From an uncultured bacterium (GTDB lineage Bacteria; Babelota; Babeliae; Babelales; Babelaceae): 64,000 nucleotides of DNA. Each line of letters starts with the position of its first letter. Position 1 is the stretch's first letter. The position numbers were made by a program, and so were the translations under genes. The notes beneath the pieces were generated by a model. It did not search any database. It saw nothing but the letters and a program-made list of their open reading frames with translations, and was not told the origin of the DNA. This document shows positions 8,934-19,643 of the stretch, one piece after another. The stretch is taken from assembly GCA_963819815.1 (NCBI GenBank), contig CAWFXL010000001.1, positions 576,001-640,000 on the forward strand, given 5' to 3'.

Positions 8934-11900
8934 CTACCACTTAAATAAGTTCCATATCGACCGGTTGGATGAGGCGGACCAATCTTCTTCAAACAACTTA
9001 TCCACCAGTGCTTCTATGCGTTTATCAGGTGCTCCCTCAAGAAAAGCTTTAAAAGCTTCGCTAACCCTTTCTAAAGCTGTATCAGATATTGCCTTACGCA
9101 AAACTTTAAGAGCTTTGCAATCCTCATTTAAAGCTGCATCAGGTATTGCATTAAGCAAAGCCCTGAGAGCTCGCCTGTCTTCTTTTAAGGCTATCTCAGG
9201 TATTGCCTCGAGCAATGCCCTAAGAGTTTCCCTCTTTCTTAAAGGCATACAAGGTATTGCCTCAAGCAATGCTTTAAGAGCCTCCCTATCTTGTTTTAAT
9301 TCTTCACATTTGGCAATCTGTTCGTCAGCAGCTTTTTCTGCTTGTTCAAATTCCTTTTTGAGCTTCTTATGCTCATTCTTTTTCGCATTATGTTCTTTTT
9401 CTTTGTCATAGTCACCATTATTTAGAGCTACAGATGCTAATGCGCCCTCACTTTGAGCTTTCTGCCCTTCAGCTTGAGCATTAGCTACCGCTTCCTGAGC
9501 CTTCTTTCTTTCCTCAGCAATATCACGATCGGTCACTGCATTTTTTAAGAGAGCGCATGCTCCAGGCGTCAGTCTTAAAGAACCTACCCTACGTTTTTTT
9601 TGAAGTGCCTGAGCAATCTTAGATGCAATCATTTTCTTGAGAACGTCCCGCACACGATTTTGCGAAAGAAGAGACAACTCCTCTTCCTGCCTTGGAGCCG
9701 AAGCAGGCTGACCCTGTACTCTAGCTTGGGAAGAAGCCGCCCGTTGATCACCTACGTTCTGTGGAGAAAAAAGAGGCTTAATCCTGTCATTAATACTGGT
9801 TTTAATAATCTTACTACTATCAATCTCTGCTTCCCCTAAATCCTTAACCATTGGCCAGCAAGAAGCTGATAAAACCGTCCAGACCATATCATCGCTAGCA
9901 CCGCCATGGTTAAATTTATTAATTGCATCCCTATATCGTTGTACCCTTTGTGCTTTCTCAGCCACAGTATCTTGACCCGCACCTACATGCTTATCAAACT
10001 GTAGAAGCCAACCTAACGGATCCGCTGGAGGGATAGCGTCCTCTTCAAATCCTCGTCTCTTAGCTTCTTCATTTCGTCGCATTATGGTTTGAACGTGCCT
10101 TTCATGCACTTCCCGCTTATCCCTTAGGCATCTGTCCGCTACTAATGCATTGAAGTTTCTCTCACTCTCTCTCACAAGCCGATGGGCTAAAAGGCCAAGC
10201 TCATGGGATATCATGCTCTCAATAATAGTGTTGCATAATTCCCTATGCCCTTCTTCAGCAGCGAGATGAAGCGGGGTAGCCTCATCGCTTATCGATTCTA
10301 CACCGGGATACTCGCCTAATTTTGCCTCTTCCTTTTGAAGATTTATCCAGAGACGTTCTGCCAACTTAATTTCAGGAGTTTCAGCAACTCCGTTTTTACA
10401 TAATAGTTCGATGAAATCAGGAAGCTGCTCTTCAAGAGCCCACTGCATGTGCGATATTTCACGACCATCTTTGGTCGTGACTGTGTCATAGAGAATATCG
10501 ATCGGTTTTGGCTGAATTTCTTTTCTTCGATCGATTATAAGCTTCATAGCTTCTCTCTGCTTTGCACGAGCAGCTACGCATAAAATCGACTCGGCCGCAT
10601 CCCCAAACAGTGAAGTCATCACTTGTAAAGAAGTCCCTGTTGGTAAATAGGGTGCACGATCTAAGCACCAGGAAAGCATCTGACATGCTCCATGCTGAGC
10701 TGCATAATGGGTCGGCGTAAGTCCACGCTCATCTGTAGGATTAAGCAATGCTCCTGCTTTTTCCAAGCGATTTGCAAGGGCACAATCATTAGCCATAGCA
10801 GCAAAGTGCATTGGTCGTAAACCTTGCTCATTAAAATTATTCACGCCACCAGCATACGTTAGAAAAAATGCCGCTACAGCATACTGCTTATACTCATGGG
10901 CATATTGTGCAGCCGTTTTACCATCAGCATCAGTAAAAACTGGTACGACGCCTCGATCAAGAAGCTCTTGAACGATTTCTTGGCATCCTCCCATAGCTGC
11001 CGCATGCAAAGGGGATCTTTTTGAACCATCAAGTGCTTTGCAATCTGCTCCACGTTCTAGTAATAATTTTGCTATATCCCTATGTCCCTCTCGGGCGGCG
11101 ATATGCAGAGGTCTACCATGTTTGGCAGAACATATTTCTTTATCTGCTCCTCGCTCGAGAAGTAATCGCACGCAATCTAGATGCCCTGCCCTAACAGCAT
11201 GATGAAGTGCAGTTTCAATATCCTTATTTTGGCTATCTATAAAAGGAAACGTTACTTGAGATGCTGCCTGGGCACGATTTTGTTTTTCTGAATCAGGTTC
11301 AAGACCTAGCAAGATCAACTTCTCCACAATGCCAGAATCTCTTATAGCGGCATCTTGCAAATACGGAGCAATATTTTCAGGAAGAAAGCCCTCTATCTTG
11401 AAAGCATATCTCCGCGCTAACTCTTCAGACGAAACTAAAGTCAGAGCCACACGAGCAACAATCTTGTGTCGTTCTATGTGGTCAAGTAGAAGGGCAAGGA
11501 TTGCACAATTTCCTACAAATGCTGCTCGATGAAGAGCAGTATCGCCATGCTCATCCGTTTTTGAGAGGTCGATCAAAGGATGTGAAAGAAGCTGGGTCAC
11601 TTCTGTTTGCTTACCCTCTTGCACTGCTTTGCGAAGTTTACCTCCAAGAAGTTGTTTTACTTTCTCTATCTTATCCTTAAGGGCAGGCTTAAGTAATACG
11701 CGCACGCAATTGAGACGTTCCTCTCTAATTGCCTGTTGCAAAGCCGTTTCATTATTTTTATTTCTGATATTTCTACAGGAAATAGCTGTATATGAATCCA
11801 CCTGATCATGAGGCTTTTTCATCGCATCAGACTCACGAAATAAGGGAACCAAGTCATCCCAAGACAAGAGATTTCCCGTCATAGCAGATAGCTCCTTATG

Positions 11901-12245
11901 AGAAAGGTTTTTCCCTATATAGCCATAGCTCAATGTAGGCTCTTCAGGCTCATGAGGGGCCAATTTAACGTAGGTGGTCATCTTATGCCGTTCTGCATGT
12001 GCAAGAAGCAAAGCAAGCATTTCACTCTGACCAGCACGAGCGGTAGTATGTAATATAGTATTGCCACGCTCATCACAATCCAATAGGTTTACTTTGACAT
12101 CTGCAAGAAGTTGGATTACCTCATCTAAATCATCAGCTTGAACTGCTTGCCGAAGTTGAGTTGCAGCATCTACTTTTGTTCTGGACATAGCTTCGAGGGA
12201 CATCCCAATCGAAAGAAATGTTCCCCATATGAGTAGCTTTTTCAT
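8934..12245 (-). CDS. Large secreted ankyrin-repeat protein with coiled coil and C-terminal helical repeats
   Basis: Signal MKKLLIWG..SLEAM; many TALH/TPLH.AA..G ankyrin motifs; 18-19 aa repeats near C-terminus. Confidence 0.9.
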   Translation of the reverse strand: MKKLLIWGTFLSIGMSLEAMSRTKVDAATQLRQAVQADDLDEVIQLLADVKVNLLDCDERGNTILHTTARAGQSEMLALLLAHAERHKMTTYVKLAPHEPEEPTLSYGYIGKNLSHKELSAMTGNLLSWDDLVPLFRESDAMKKPHDQVDSYTAISCRNIRNKNNETALQQAIREERLNCVRVLLKPALKDKIEKVKQLLGGKLRKAVQEGKQTEVTQLLSHPLIDLSKTDEHGDTALHRAAFVGNCAILALLLDHIERHKIVARVALTLVSSEELARRYAFKIEGFLPENIAPYLQDAAIRDSGIVEKLILLGLEPDSEKQNRAQAASQVTFPFIDSQNKDIETALHHAVRAGHLDCVRLLLERGADKEICSAKHGRPLHIAAREGHRDIAKLLLERGADCKALDGSKRSPLHAAAMGGCQEIVQELLDRGVVPVFTDADGKTAAQYAHEYKQYAVAAFFLTYAGGVNNFNEQGLRPMHFAAMANDCALANRLEKAGALLNPTDERGLTPTHYAAQHGACQMLSWCLDRAPYLPTGTSLQVMTSLFGDAAESILCVAARAKQREAMKLIIDRRKEIQPKPIDILYDTVTTKDGREISHMQWALEEQLPDFIELLCKNGVAETPEIKLAERLWINLQKEEAKLGEYPGVESISDEATPLHLAAEEGHRELCNTIIESMISHELGLLAHRLVRESERNFNALVADRCLRDKREVHERHVQTIMRRNEEAKRRGFEEDAIPPADPLGWLLQFDKHVGAGQDTVAEKAQRVQRYRDAINKFNHGGASDDMVWTVLSASCWPMVKDLGEAEIDSSKIIKTSINDRIKPLFSPQNVGDQRAASSQARVQGQPASAPRQEEELSLLSQNRVRDVLKKMIASKIAQALQKKRRVGSLRLTPGACALLKNAVTDRDIAEERKKAQEAVANAQAEGQKAQSEGALASVALNNGDYDKEKEHNAKKNEHKKLKKEFEQAEKAADEQIAKCEELKQDREALKALLEAIPCMPLRKRETLRALLEAIPEIALKEDRRALRALLNAIPDAALNEDCKALKVLRKAISDTALERVSEAFKAFLEGAPDKRIEALVDKLFEEDWSASSNRSIWNLFKW

Positions 12246-12552
12246 AGTATTTTTTCCGTACGGCACGCTCTGGTGCGTGAAGGTAGGTGCATCTTAGTCA
12301 ACGTGTTTACCTAAGTATCGCATAGTTCATGTACCGTGTAAAATGCTTCCAAGCTCTATGAGCCGGTATATACAGATAGTGCTATAAGGAGCATGAGGCC
12401 ATTGGCAGCTTAAAATCTAATAGTCCATGCTTACCTGAGATAGACAAAAAGCCATGATCAAGTCCATGCAATACCACTTTATGCCTAGGGCAGAGTATAT
12501 ACACCAGGTATACCTCCAATCGAAAATATCCCCGCAACTCGTTGACCCTTAT

Positions 12553-12930
12553 TTAGAGACCCAACTTTTTTTTGAGCTCTTGAGCAGATATAGTGGCAAT
12601 CTTTTCACCCGTGTGAGCGGGCTGATCGTATTCTTCTTTAAGATAGCTCATTTGGGCTGGCCCTTCAGTAGGGTAACCAAGAGCATGCCATTCAGCAGCG
12701 CCCCCTTCATAAGCACGTATCTGAGTAAAACCTAGATCTTTTAAAAGTTGCCAGGCTCTTCTACTCATAGGACAGACATAACTTGCGCAGTAAACGATCA
12801 TTTCGGTATCTTTAGGAAGATCTTTCGTGTACTCAGCGAGTTTTTCAAAGGGCACATTTATCGACCCGGTAATATAGCAGTCAGCAAAGGTTTCAGGCGA
12901 TAGAACATTAATGAGACGGAAACTTGTCAT
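12553..12930 (-). CDS. Rhodanese-like domain protein
   Basis: ITGSINVP, IVYCASYVC, YEGGAAEW. Confidence 0.85.
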   Translation of the reverse strand: MTSFRLINVLSPETFADCYITGSINVPFEKLAEYTKDLPKDTEMIVYCASYVCPMSRRAWQLLKDLGFTQIRAYEGGAAEWHALGYPTEGPAQMSYLKEEYDQPAHTGEKIATISAQELKKKLGL

Positions 12931-13139
12931 GGGAATCCTCTTTAATACGATAGTACGATGATCATCTAACAAAACAAACAATACAACTCTTTTGTGCCGA
13001 CAGTATAGCCCAACAGACATAGCCTGTACAAGAATTTAACCAACTTTATGTAATGGATTATTGCACATGAACTCAGTTGGACCCGAAACTCTTGAATGTC
13101 GGGCAAGCGCAATGCTACTCTTTGCCTGAAGGGAATGTC

Positions 13140-13976
13140 ATGGCACGTTACGTCCTTAAATCATCAGGTCGGAGAGAACCGTTCAACATTAAAAAGTTCA
13201 AACGCTCCTTGCGTAAAGTTGGTGCACGCCCTGATCTTATAGAAACCCTTATTGACGAGGTTCTTGCAGCTCCACAGCTTAACACTACAAAGAAGATTTA
13301 TACCTATGCATACGAACATTTAAAAGGAATTTCCCGTCCAGTTGCAGCGCGATATAGTCTTAAATATGCCCTGTATGAGCTTGGCCCTACAGGGTTTGTG
13401 TTCGAACGATTTATAGGGGAGATTTTTAAAGCACAGGGATATTCTGTCCACCATGATGTTACCCTCCAAGGAGTCTGTGTCGATCATGAGATTGATCTTA
13501 TCGTTGAAAAAGAGGAACAGCGATTCATGGTCGAATGTAAATTTCATAATAGACTCGGTGTCAAAACGGATGTACGAGATGGTCTGTATACTAAAGCCCG
13601 GTTTGAGGATTTATCAGCCCAGTGGGCAAAATCAGTACGACCCCATTTGGCGTGTAATGGAGTATGGTTGGTAACTAATACGCAGTTTACGCTAAAGGCA
13701 CTTACCTATGGTGCATGTGCTGGTATTAAGCTTCTTGGTTGGTCCTATCCTCAAGATGCAGGTATCGCCGTACTGATCGACACCCTAGGATTACATCCTA
13801 TAACGGGCTTAACTGGTCTTAACACAGCTCAAAAAAGACACCTCATTGATCAGGGTGTTATCCTGTGCCGAGATCTTATGGCGCAACCAGAGCTTTTAAA
13901 AACGCTCCATATGACGCTCCTTGAACAAGAAAAAATACACGATGAATGCCAGGCATTATGCACAAACGTAACCTAG
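13140..13976 (+). CDS. ATP-cone plus Mrr-like PD-(D/E)XK nuclease domain protein
   Basis: N-terminal VLKSSGRREPFN..K ATP-cone; LGPTGFVFERFI, HEID, VECKFH. Confidence 0.8.
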   Translation: MARYVLKSSGRREPFNIKKFKRSLRKVGARPDLIETLIDEVLAAPQLNTTKKIYTYAYEHLKGISRPVAARYSLKYALYELGPTGFVFERFIGEIFKAQGYSVHHDVTLQGVCVDHEIDLIVEKEEQRFMVECKFHNRLGVKTDVRDGLYTKARFEDLSAQWAKSVRPHLACNGVWLVTNTQFTLKALTYGACAGIKLLGWSYPQDAGIAVLIDTLGLHPITGLTGLNTAQKRHLIDQGVILCRDLMAQPELLKTLHMTLLEQEKIHDECQALCTNVT

Positions 13977-13985
13977 AAGAAAAAT

Positions 13986-15383
13986 ATGGAAGTATGGACT
14001 ATCATTATCATTGGAGCATCAGGAGACTTGTCCCGTCGGCGACTTATTCCCACGCTGTATGAGATGCTCAAGCATGAGAAAGATCTTTCCTTCTTATTCG
14101 TGGGCGCCGCAAAAGATGCTATCTCTATAGAGCAACTTCTTACAGAAAGCATCGCTCATAGGGATCCAGCACTTCTTGAAAAACTTATCACACGATCAAC
14201 GTATCAGACTATTGATTTTACTGATCCAGAGACTTTTTCAGAGCTCGCGAAGACAATCGTGCAGCAAGAAAAAAATGGTGATCACACTACCCAAAGACGA
14301 CTGGTGTATCTTGCCATAGATTCTCGGTGGTATAGCGGCGTAACTGCTTCTCTATGCAAGGAGGGCATCCTTCAAAAATCTGTAGTCACCCATCGTATTA
14401 TCTATGAAAAACCCTTTGGATGGGATACAGCCTCAGCCCTAAGCATCAATAATGAGGTAACTCACCTTCTTGATGAAGATCAGATTTATCGCGTCGATCA
14501 CTACATAAGCAAAGCACTCGTCACTTCCCTGCTTACTACCAGGCTCAGTAACGTATTTTTCGAGCCGATCTTGAATAGCGACTATGTTGATCAAGTACAG
14601 ATCATTCTCTCAGAAAAAGATACCCTTGAAAAAAGAGGTCTCTTTTATGATCGGTATGGCACACTAAAAGATGTTGTTCAAAATCATATGCTGCAGCTTC
14701 TTGCCTGTATCGGCATGGAGAAGCCACCCTCATTAGATCATGAATCAGTTACTGAATACAAAAAGACGGTGCTTCGCGAAATTAAAGTGATAGATGGGCT
14801 CCTTGGCCAGTTCCATGGCTATAGGGATATTCCTGGCGTTTCAGAAAACTCAACCCGAGAGACCTATGCACTTCTTCGGGCAGAGATTACAACACCTCGA
14901 TGGCACAAAGTCCCCTTCTATCTCAAGACGGGAAAAGCTCTTGATTATAAGTCCACCGAAATTCATATCGTATTTAAGCCACAAAAACTCGCAGACGTCT
15001 CGATACCTTTTGAATCAAATCGACTTATCATCCGCATCTCCCCCGACTCAGCTCTCCTTCTAAGACTCAATGCTCAAAAGATCCGAGAACCTGAATTAGT
15101 CCCGGTATCTTTAGAGTTTTGCTACCGGTGTACCTTTGGTGCACAGCCCCATTCCTATGAAACCCTTTTTCATGATGTTATGAAAGGTGACAAGAGTGTC
15201 GCGGTAACCTTTGATGAAATCGAATATGCGTGGGAATGTATTTCTCAGATAGAGAAGCTCAAGCTTCCTCTCTATAGCTACAAGGTAGGTTCATCTGGTC
15301 CTCTTGAGGCAGAAGAGTTTAGTCATAAGCATGCTATTATGTGGGCTAAAGAAACTACTCGCGCAGAACCATCGAATACCTAG
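13986..15383 (+). CDS. zwf: Glucose-6-phosphate 1-dehydrogenase
   Basis: GASGDL, EKPFG, YRVDHY, DVVQNHMLQ, VPFYLKTGK. Confidence 0.95.
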   Translation: MEVWTIIIIGASGDLSRRRLIPTLYEMLKHEKDLSFLFVGAAKDAISIEQLLTESIAHRDPALLEKLITRSTYQTIDFTDPETFSELAKTIVQQEKNGDHTTQRRLVYLAIDSRWYSGVTASLCKEGILQKSVVTHRIIYEKPFGWDTASALSINNEVTHLLDEDQIYRVDHYISKALVTSLLTTRLSNVFFEPILNSDYVDQVQIILSEKDTLEKRGLFYDRYGTLKDVVQNHMLQLLACIGMEKPPSLDHESVTEYKKTVLREIKVIDGLLGQFHGYRDIPGVSENSTRETYALLRAEITTPRWHKVPFYLKTGKALDYKSTEIHIVFKPQKLADVSIPFESNRLIIRISPDSALLLRLNAQKIREPELVPVSLEFCYRCTFGAQPHSYETLFHDVMKGDKSVAVTFDEIEYAWECISQIEKLKLPLYSYKVGSSGPLEAEEFSHKHAIMWAKETTRAEPSNT

Positions 15384-15451
15384 AAGATACTGAATTCCGA
15401 GAAACCTTGCTCCCGAGTTCTGTGAAAGAATAGCTATCAATCATATCAGAC

Positions 15452-16129
15452 TCATGTTATGTGCATCGATCTGCGACGAATTAGCACTGGAATAAGAGCG
15501 AGAAGTGCAAGCAGTATAAATGCTATCACTATATGAGGAGAAAGAATATCCTTTGGAGATGCTATCGTTGCAAGGCTCTGCCCCGCATAAGCAAAGACAA
15601 AAGCACCCGGCAAAATGCCGATCAAGGTTGTAATCACAAAAGTTTGCAATGAGATCGGAAGCAATCCAGCAATAATATTAACAAAGGTAAAAGGCACAAG
15701 AGCTAAAAACCGCAAAGAAAGAAGGTAATAGACTCCTCGTTTTTCAAGCTCTTGCGAAAGTGCTGCAAATTGCTTTGCATAGCGCTTAGCCACAAAATCA
15801 CCCACGAGATACCGCACCATCAGAAAACAGAGCGTAGCTCCCATTGTTGCGCCAATGACAGCAAAAAGAGTTCCGTACCATATCCCAAATAAAAAACCTC
15901 CGGCAAGCGTTAAAAGCACTGAAAACGGCAATGCAAAGGCACCATCTACCACATATGCACACACGTAGAGAATTACTGCAGCCCCATATTTTCTATCAAC
16001 AAAGCCCTGCAGCCGCTGTGCATAGTCCTTGAGGGTAGCAAAACTCAGGTGTGGAGCGACAAAAAAATAGAGCGCCGCAATCATTACAAGACAGAGAACC
16101 AACAGTCCCAGTCTTAAGAACTTTTCCAT
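15452..16129 (-). CDS. TVP38/TMEM64 (DedA/VTT) membrane protein
   Basis: LTLAGGFLFG..GT, LRFLALVPF..VN, TLIGILPG. Confidence 0.9.
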   Translation of the reverse strand: MEKFLRLGLLVLCLVMIAALYFFVAPHLSFATLKDYAQRLQGFVDRKYGAAVILYVCAYVVDGAFALPFSVLLTLAGGFLFGIWYGTLFAVIGATMGATLCFLMVRYLVGDFVAKRYAKQFAALSQELEKRGVYYLLSLRFLALVPFTFVNIIAGLLPISLQTFVITTLIGILPGAFVFAYAGQSLATIASPKDILSPHIVIAFILLALLALIPVLIRRRSMHIT

Positions 16130-16509
16130 ACGATTGTCCTTCCAAAAAGTATGTCTCACTGTACATAAACTTGCCTGTAAAAGCTAGACCAGAGGGCATG
16201 TCTATTAAGGTATCCTGGACGGACAGGCCACCGCATCCTAAAGGATATTAAATGCATGCAATCCTAAAAAAGAGGAGATTGTGGAAGAAAATAATGGTGA
16301 TCATTTCAACCAGCTTCAAGATCCATGAAATGATAGATCCGGGCCGCATGACCTGTAAGAGCTACTTTTCTTGAATTGATAAGGTGTAGATGATGAATTG
16401 TTGGCGTAAAGTTCACTGTCAAAGATTAGTACAATACTCTGAATTTAGCTTATTCTTGGTTTGAGTACCTATGCAATCGCACCGCGGTCAGCATAAGTTA
16501 ATCTAACTC

Positions 16510-16551
16510 AAGAAACCCCCTCGCACATGAATGCAAGGGGTTTCTTTTTTT
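16510..16551. terminator. Probable intrinsic terminator
   Basis: AAGAAACCCC...GGGGTTTCTTTTTT hairpin downstream of the 16561 gene. Confidence 0.6.
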
Positions 16552-16560
16552 AATAGCTAA

Positions 16561-17064
16561 TTAAGCCTCTAGGGGATGCTTCGCTTTTCTAATCATATCT
16601 CTCGTTTTTTCATCAGCAACAAATTGAAGTTTATATTTTCTTACCAGAGAATCTTGACTCAGAAAATATGGTAGCAATAAGGCTCCATATCGCTTAGCAG
16701 CAGGAAGCTTTTCAAATTTTTTGGGTTCCACTCTTGAAGCAAAATCAAGAAGCAAAAGTCCGGTAACCGCAGTATTAAGTTCGCGGAGAGTAGGTTTGGT
16801 CTTATTGGCAACTTGTTCAGCCTGTGCAACGATTGCATCAGCCTTTCCAATGACAAATTGAGCAATTTCTTCTTTTCTTTCGGGATTTTCCTCTAGGAAG
16901 TCCGTCAGAATAATCACATTGGCAGGATGAATAGGATTAATGCCTAGTGTTGATTCAATTTGGTCAACAATACCTGCCTTATATTCGTCGTATTTCATCC
17001 CATTTAGTTGTAAAGTAGCCGCTGCTACCAGAACTAAGCTTAAGCTTATATAATATTTGTTCAT
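16561..17064 (-). CDS. Hypothetical secreted protein
   Basis: AGGAG RBS, signal MNKYYISLSLVLVAAATLQLNGM; upstream TTGACA-N18-TATACT on minus strand. Confidence 0.75.
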   Translation of the reverse strand: MNKYYISLSLVLVAAATLQLNGMKYDEYKAGIVDQIESTLGINPIHPANVIILTDFLEENPERKEEIAQFVIGKADAIVAQAEQVANKTKPTLRELNTAVTGLLLLDFASRVEPKKFEKLPAAKRYGALLLPYFLSQDSLVRKYKLQFVADEKTRDMIRKAKHPLEA

Positions 17065-17276
17065 AGAACTCCTCTTTTTTAGTATTAAATTAGGATTAAG
17101 GGTCGATGCACTGTGCGCACCCACTATTTATTAGTATAGTCAATAGAGGTAAAAATTGTCAATATTTCTATGGTTTACCTTAATCTTATTTTCAATTTGC
17201 AAATTAAAGCATGGGGTCTTTTCTTCCGCTACTCGCGAGGTAGCCCTGCCTTGACCGGTAGATTTTAAAGGCCCAG

Positions 17277-17305
17277 TTGACATATTTAATATTTTCATAT
17301 AGAAT
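17277..17305 (+). promoter_or_regulatory. Sigma70-like promoter
   Basis: TTGACA-N17-TAGAAT upstream of 17378. Confidence 0.65.
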
Positions 17306-17377
17306 TATTTCATAAATTAAAAAAGCGTTATACCGCTTCGTCTCGACTCGCAAAAATAGTAAAAAGGAGACACCTAG

Positions 17378-19240
17378 ATGAACAAGTTACTCAGTATGCC
17401 TTTTTTGATCTTTACCGCACCTCTTATAGGTATGGATAGGGCCCATTCGCTCAATCTACATGAGATCAAGCCGCACCACAAGATTCAATTTGATGATAAG
17501 GGGCATTTTAAAGAAGACAAAGATCTGGCACTCTTCATGGAGCAGGCAGTCAATGAAGGAGCTACACCACGAAGTTTTGATGGTATAAAAAGAGTAAAAC
17601 CGCTTTCAAAAGAGCTTAAAGAAGCAAAATATGCCTCAGAGCAGTTGTGGTTAATCGAATGCATGAATGGCTATTCATTCATACTGAAAGAGATAAAGCA
17701 TAATAAAGAACCTTTAGAAGAAATAAAGCGCCTTGAACGTGCCCGAACTGCTCATAGGCTACAACCCTACGTCTTTCCACGTTCGCAGGATAATCTGCAA
17801 CTGGTATTTCCAAGTCGCTATATTACGTATACATACCGCAAGCAGCAACACATTATGGCACTCATGCCAAAGGCAAAGGGAAAGAGACTCCAATCACTCA
17901 TGGAGGATTTTGAGCGTAGCCCAGATAATCAGCAGGTACTGAAACTCGCCTGTAAAGTCTATTATGATCTTGGTGCTACCATGGCAAAATTCTATAAGAG
18001 CTTTGGTACACTGGATAAGACTATAAGCCACAAGGACTTCCATCAGGGCAACATTTTCTACGATCGAAATGGTCTGATCAGCTTAATCGACAATGAAAGA
18101 ATGGCACAAACCCTTGAAGAGGCTGATGATATTAGCAGTGATCTTGGGTATTTATTTGTAACCTCACCCTTTATTCTCGAATGGGCACGTGGCGGATTTC
18201 TAAAAAACTTCCCGGCCAAAAAATGGTATCAAATTGTGCTACCTAGTTTTATAATCGGGTTCATGCGAGCGTATGAAAAGCACGAACGTGCAGACGTTTT
18301 TGCTAGACTAGTTGAGCTCATATGTGCTTGGGAAAGTAAAGTCAACGAAAACGATTCACGGCCAATCCGAGGCATTATACGTGAGGTACTCAAGAATATG
18401 GAAACTCAATTGAAAGAACGTAAATCTGAGGCCCATATTGCCGCTGGCAATCCTGATTTAACGGCTCTTGTTGAGATTCTCATCAAGGAAAAAACGAGAG
18501 CGTTATTCGAAAAGGACATATTTGGCAACACGCCTTTACATGAAGCCGCCTACTTTGGATGCTCTGATTCAGTTGCCCTTCTAGTAGCAGCCGGCTGCGA
18601 TGTATCTGCTCGTAATGATAAGCAGGAAACTCCCCTATTTAAAGCTGAGTTTGCGAACCATCGTGATATTGCCAAACTTCTAAAAAAGTCTGCAGCAACA
18701 ATCATTGAGGTAGTTAAAGGAGACATTCTGAAACAAAATGTGGATGTCATCGTAAATGCTGCAAATCCACAGCTCGCTGCTGGTGGTGGTATCTGCGAAG
18801 CCATTTTTGATGCTGCAGGTAAAGAACAACTAAAAAGTGGCTGTCATGGGTATCCACTTATACATGGAGTCCGATGTCCCGCAGGGGATGCACGTATTAC
18901 CGATAGCTTCAAATTAGAAGCTCAGGGCGTTCAAAAGATAGTACATGCTGTCGGACCCGATGCACGGATTATCAAAGATCATCACCAACAACGCGCGCTT
19001 CTTGAGATGGCGTATACCAAGAGTTTAGAGCTCGCTGCCAAAGGTGGATTTACATCTATTGCATTTCCCTTTATAAGCAGCGGTATCTACCAAGTAGATC
19101 ATCAGCTTGCAGCCAAGGCAGCAATTACCGCAGCTCGAAAGTTTGTGTCTCATCATGCTACAAGCTTGAGAGTAATACGTTTTGTCTTGCGAAATACAAG
19201 CGATTATGAACTCTTTAAGGAGCTTTTAGCTGACGAATAG
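17378..19240 (+). CDS. Secreted kinase-like (APH/protein-kinase fold) + ankyrin + macrodomain protein
   Basis: FILKE, HKDFHQGNIF, LIDNE kinase-like motifs; GNTPLHEAA ankyrin; VKGDI, VNAAN, GGGIC.AI, HAVGP, FPFISSGIY macrodomain. Confidence 0.85.
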   Translation: MNKLLSMPFLIFTAPLIGMDRAHSLNLHEIKPHHKIQFDDKGHFKEDKDLALFMEQAVNEGATPRSFDGIKRVKPLSKELKEAKYASEQLWLIECMNGYSFILKEIKHNKEPLEEIKRLERARTAHRLQPYVFPRSQDNLQLVFPSRYITYTYRKQQHIMALMPKAKGKRLQSLMEDFERSPDNQQVLKLACKVYYDLGATMAKFYKSFGTLDKTISHKDFHQGNIFYDRNGLISLIDNERMAQTLEEADDISSDLGYLFVTSPFILEWARGGFLKNFPAKKWYQIVLPSFIIGFMRAYEKHERADVFARLVELICAWESKVNENDSRPIRGIIREVLKNMETQLKERKSEAHIAAGNPDLTALVEILIKEKTRALFEKDIFGNTPLHEAAYFGCSDSVALLVAAGCDVSARNDKQETPLFKAEFANHRDIAKLLKKSAATIIEVVKGDILKQNVDVIVNAANPQLAAGGGICEAIFDAAGKEQLKSGCHGYPLIHGVRCPAGDARITDSFKLEAQGVQKIVHAVGPDARIIKDHHQQRALLEMAYTKSLELAAKGGFTSIAFPFISSGIYQVDHQLAAKAAITAARKFVSHHATSLRVIRFVLRNTSDYELFKELLADE

Positions 19241-19271
19241 CAACTGATGCTTGCGTAAGAAAATTAACTAG

Positions 19272-19308
19272 TTTCAGCATGTGCCTGAGACCTACACGTG
19301 CTGAAACC
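19272..19308 (+). terminator. Hairpin downstream of macrodomain gene
   Basis: GTTTCAGCATGTG...CACGTGCTGAAAC inverted repeat. Confidence 0.5.
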
Positions 19309-19543
19309 CCACATAATCTCTTTTCCTGTAGCTGATCGGCATATGTCTTAATGGAAAGCTTAAATTCATGAATATACAACAGATACATACACCAATCATT
19401 ACTGCCACAGTAGCAAGTTGAGCGAATCTCAAAAATATCCTAAACCTAGGTCTTTCTGTCTCACTTGACAAGCCTCATCTAAAGGAGCCCCCATAAAAAC
19501 TCACTTCTGTAAACCTCCTCCAAGGTGGTACTTAGTGATGCTT

Positions 19544-19571
19544 TTGACACTCTGCATACTTCCTATAGAAT
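19544..19571 (+). promoter_or_regulatory. Sigma70-like promoter
   Basis: TTGACA-N16-TAGAAT upstream of 19644. Confidence 0.55.
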
Positions 19572-19643
19572 TTGAATCAGATGATATCGCTCTCCTTTAA
19601 TCATATCAGGTGGAGCTCTAACATCTACTAAAAGGAATCATCT

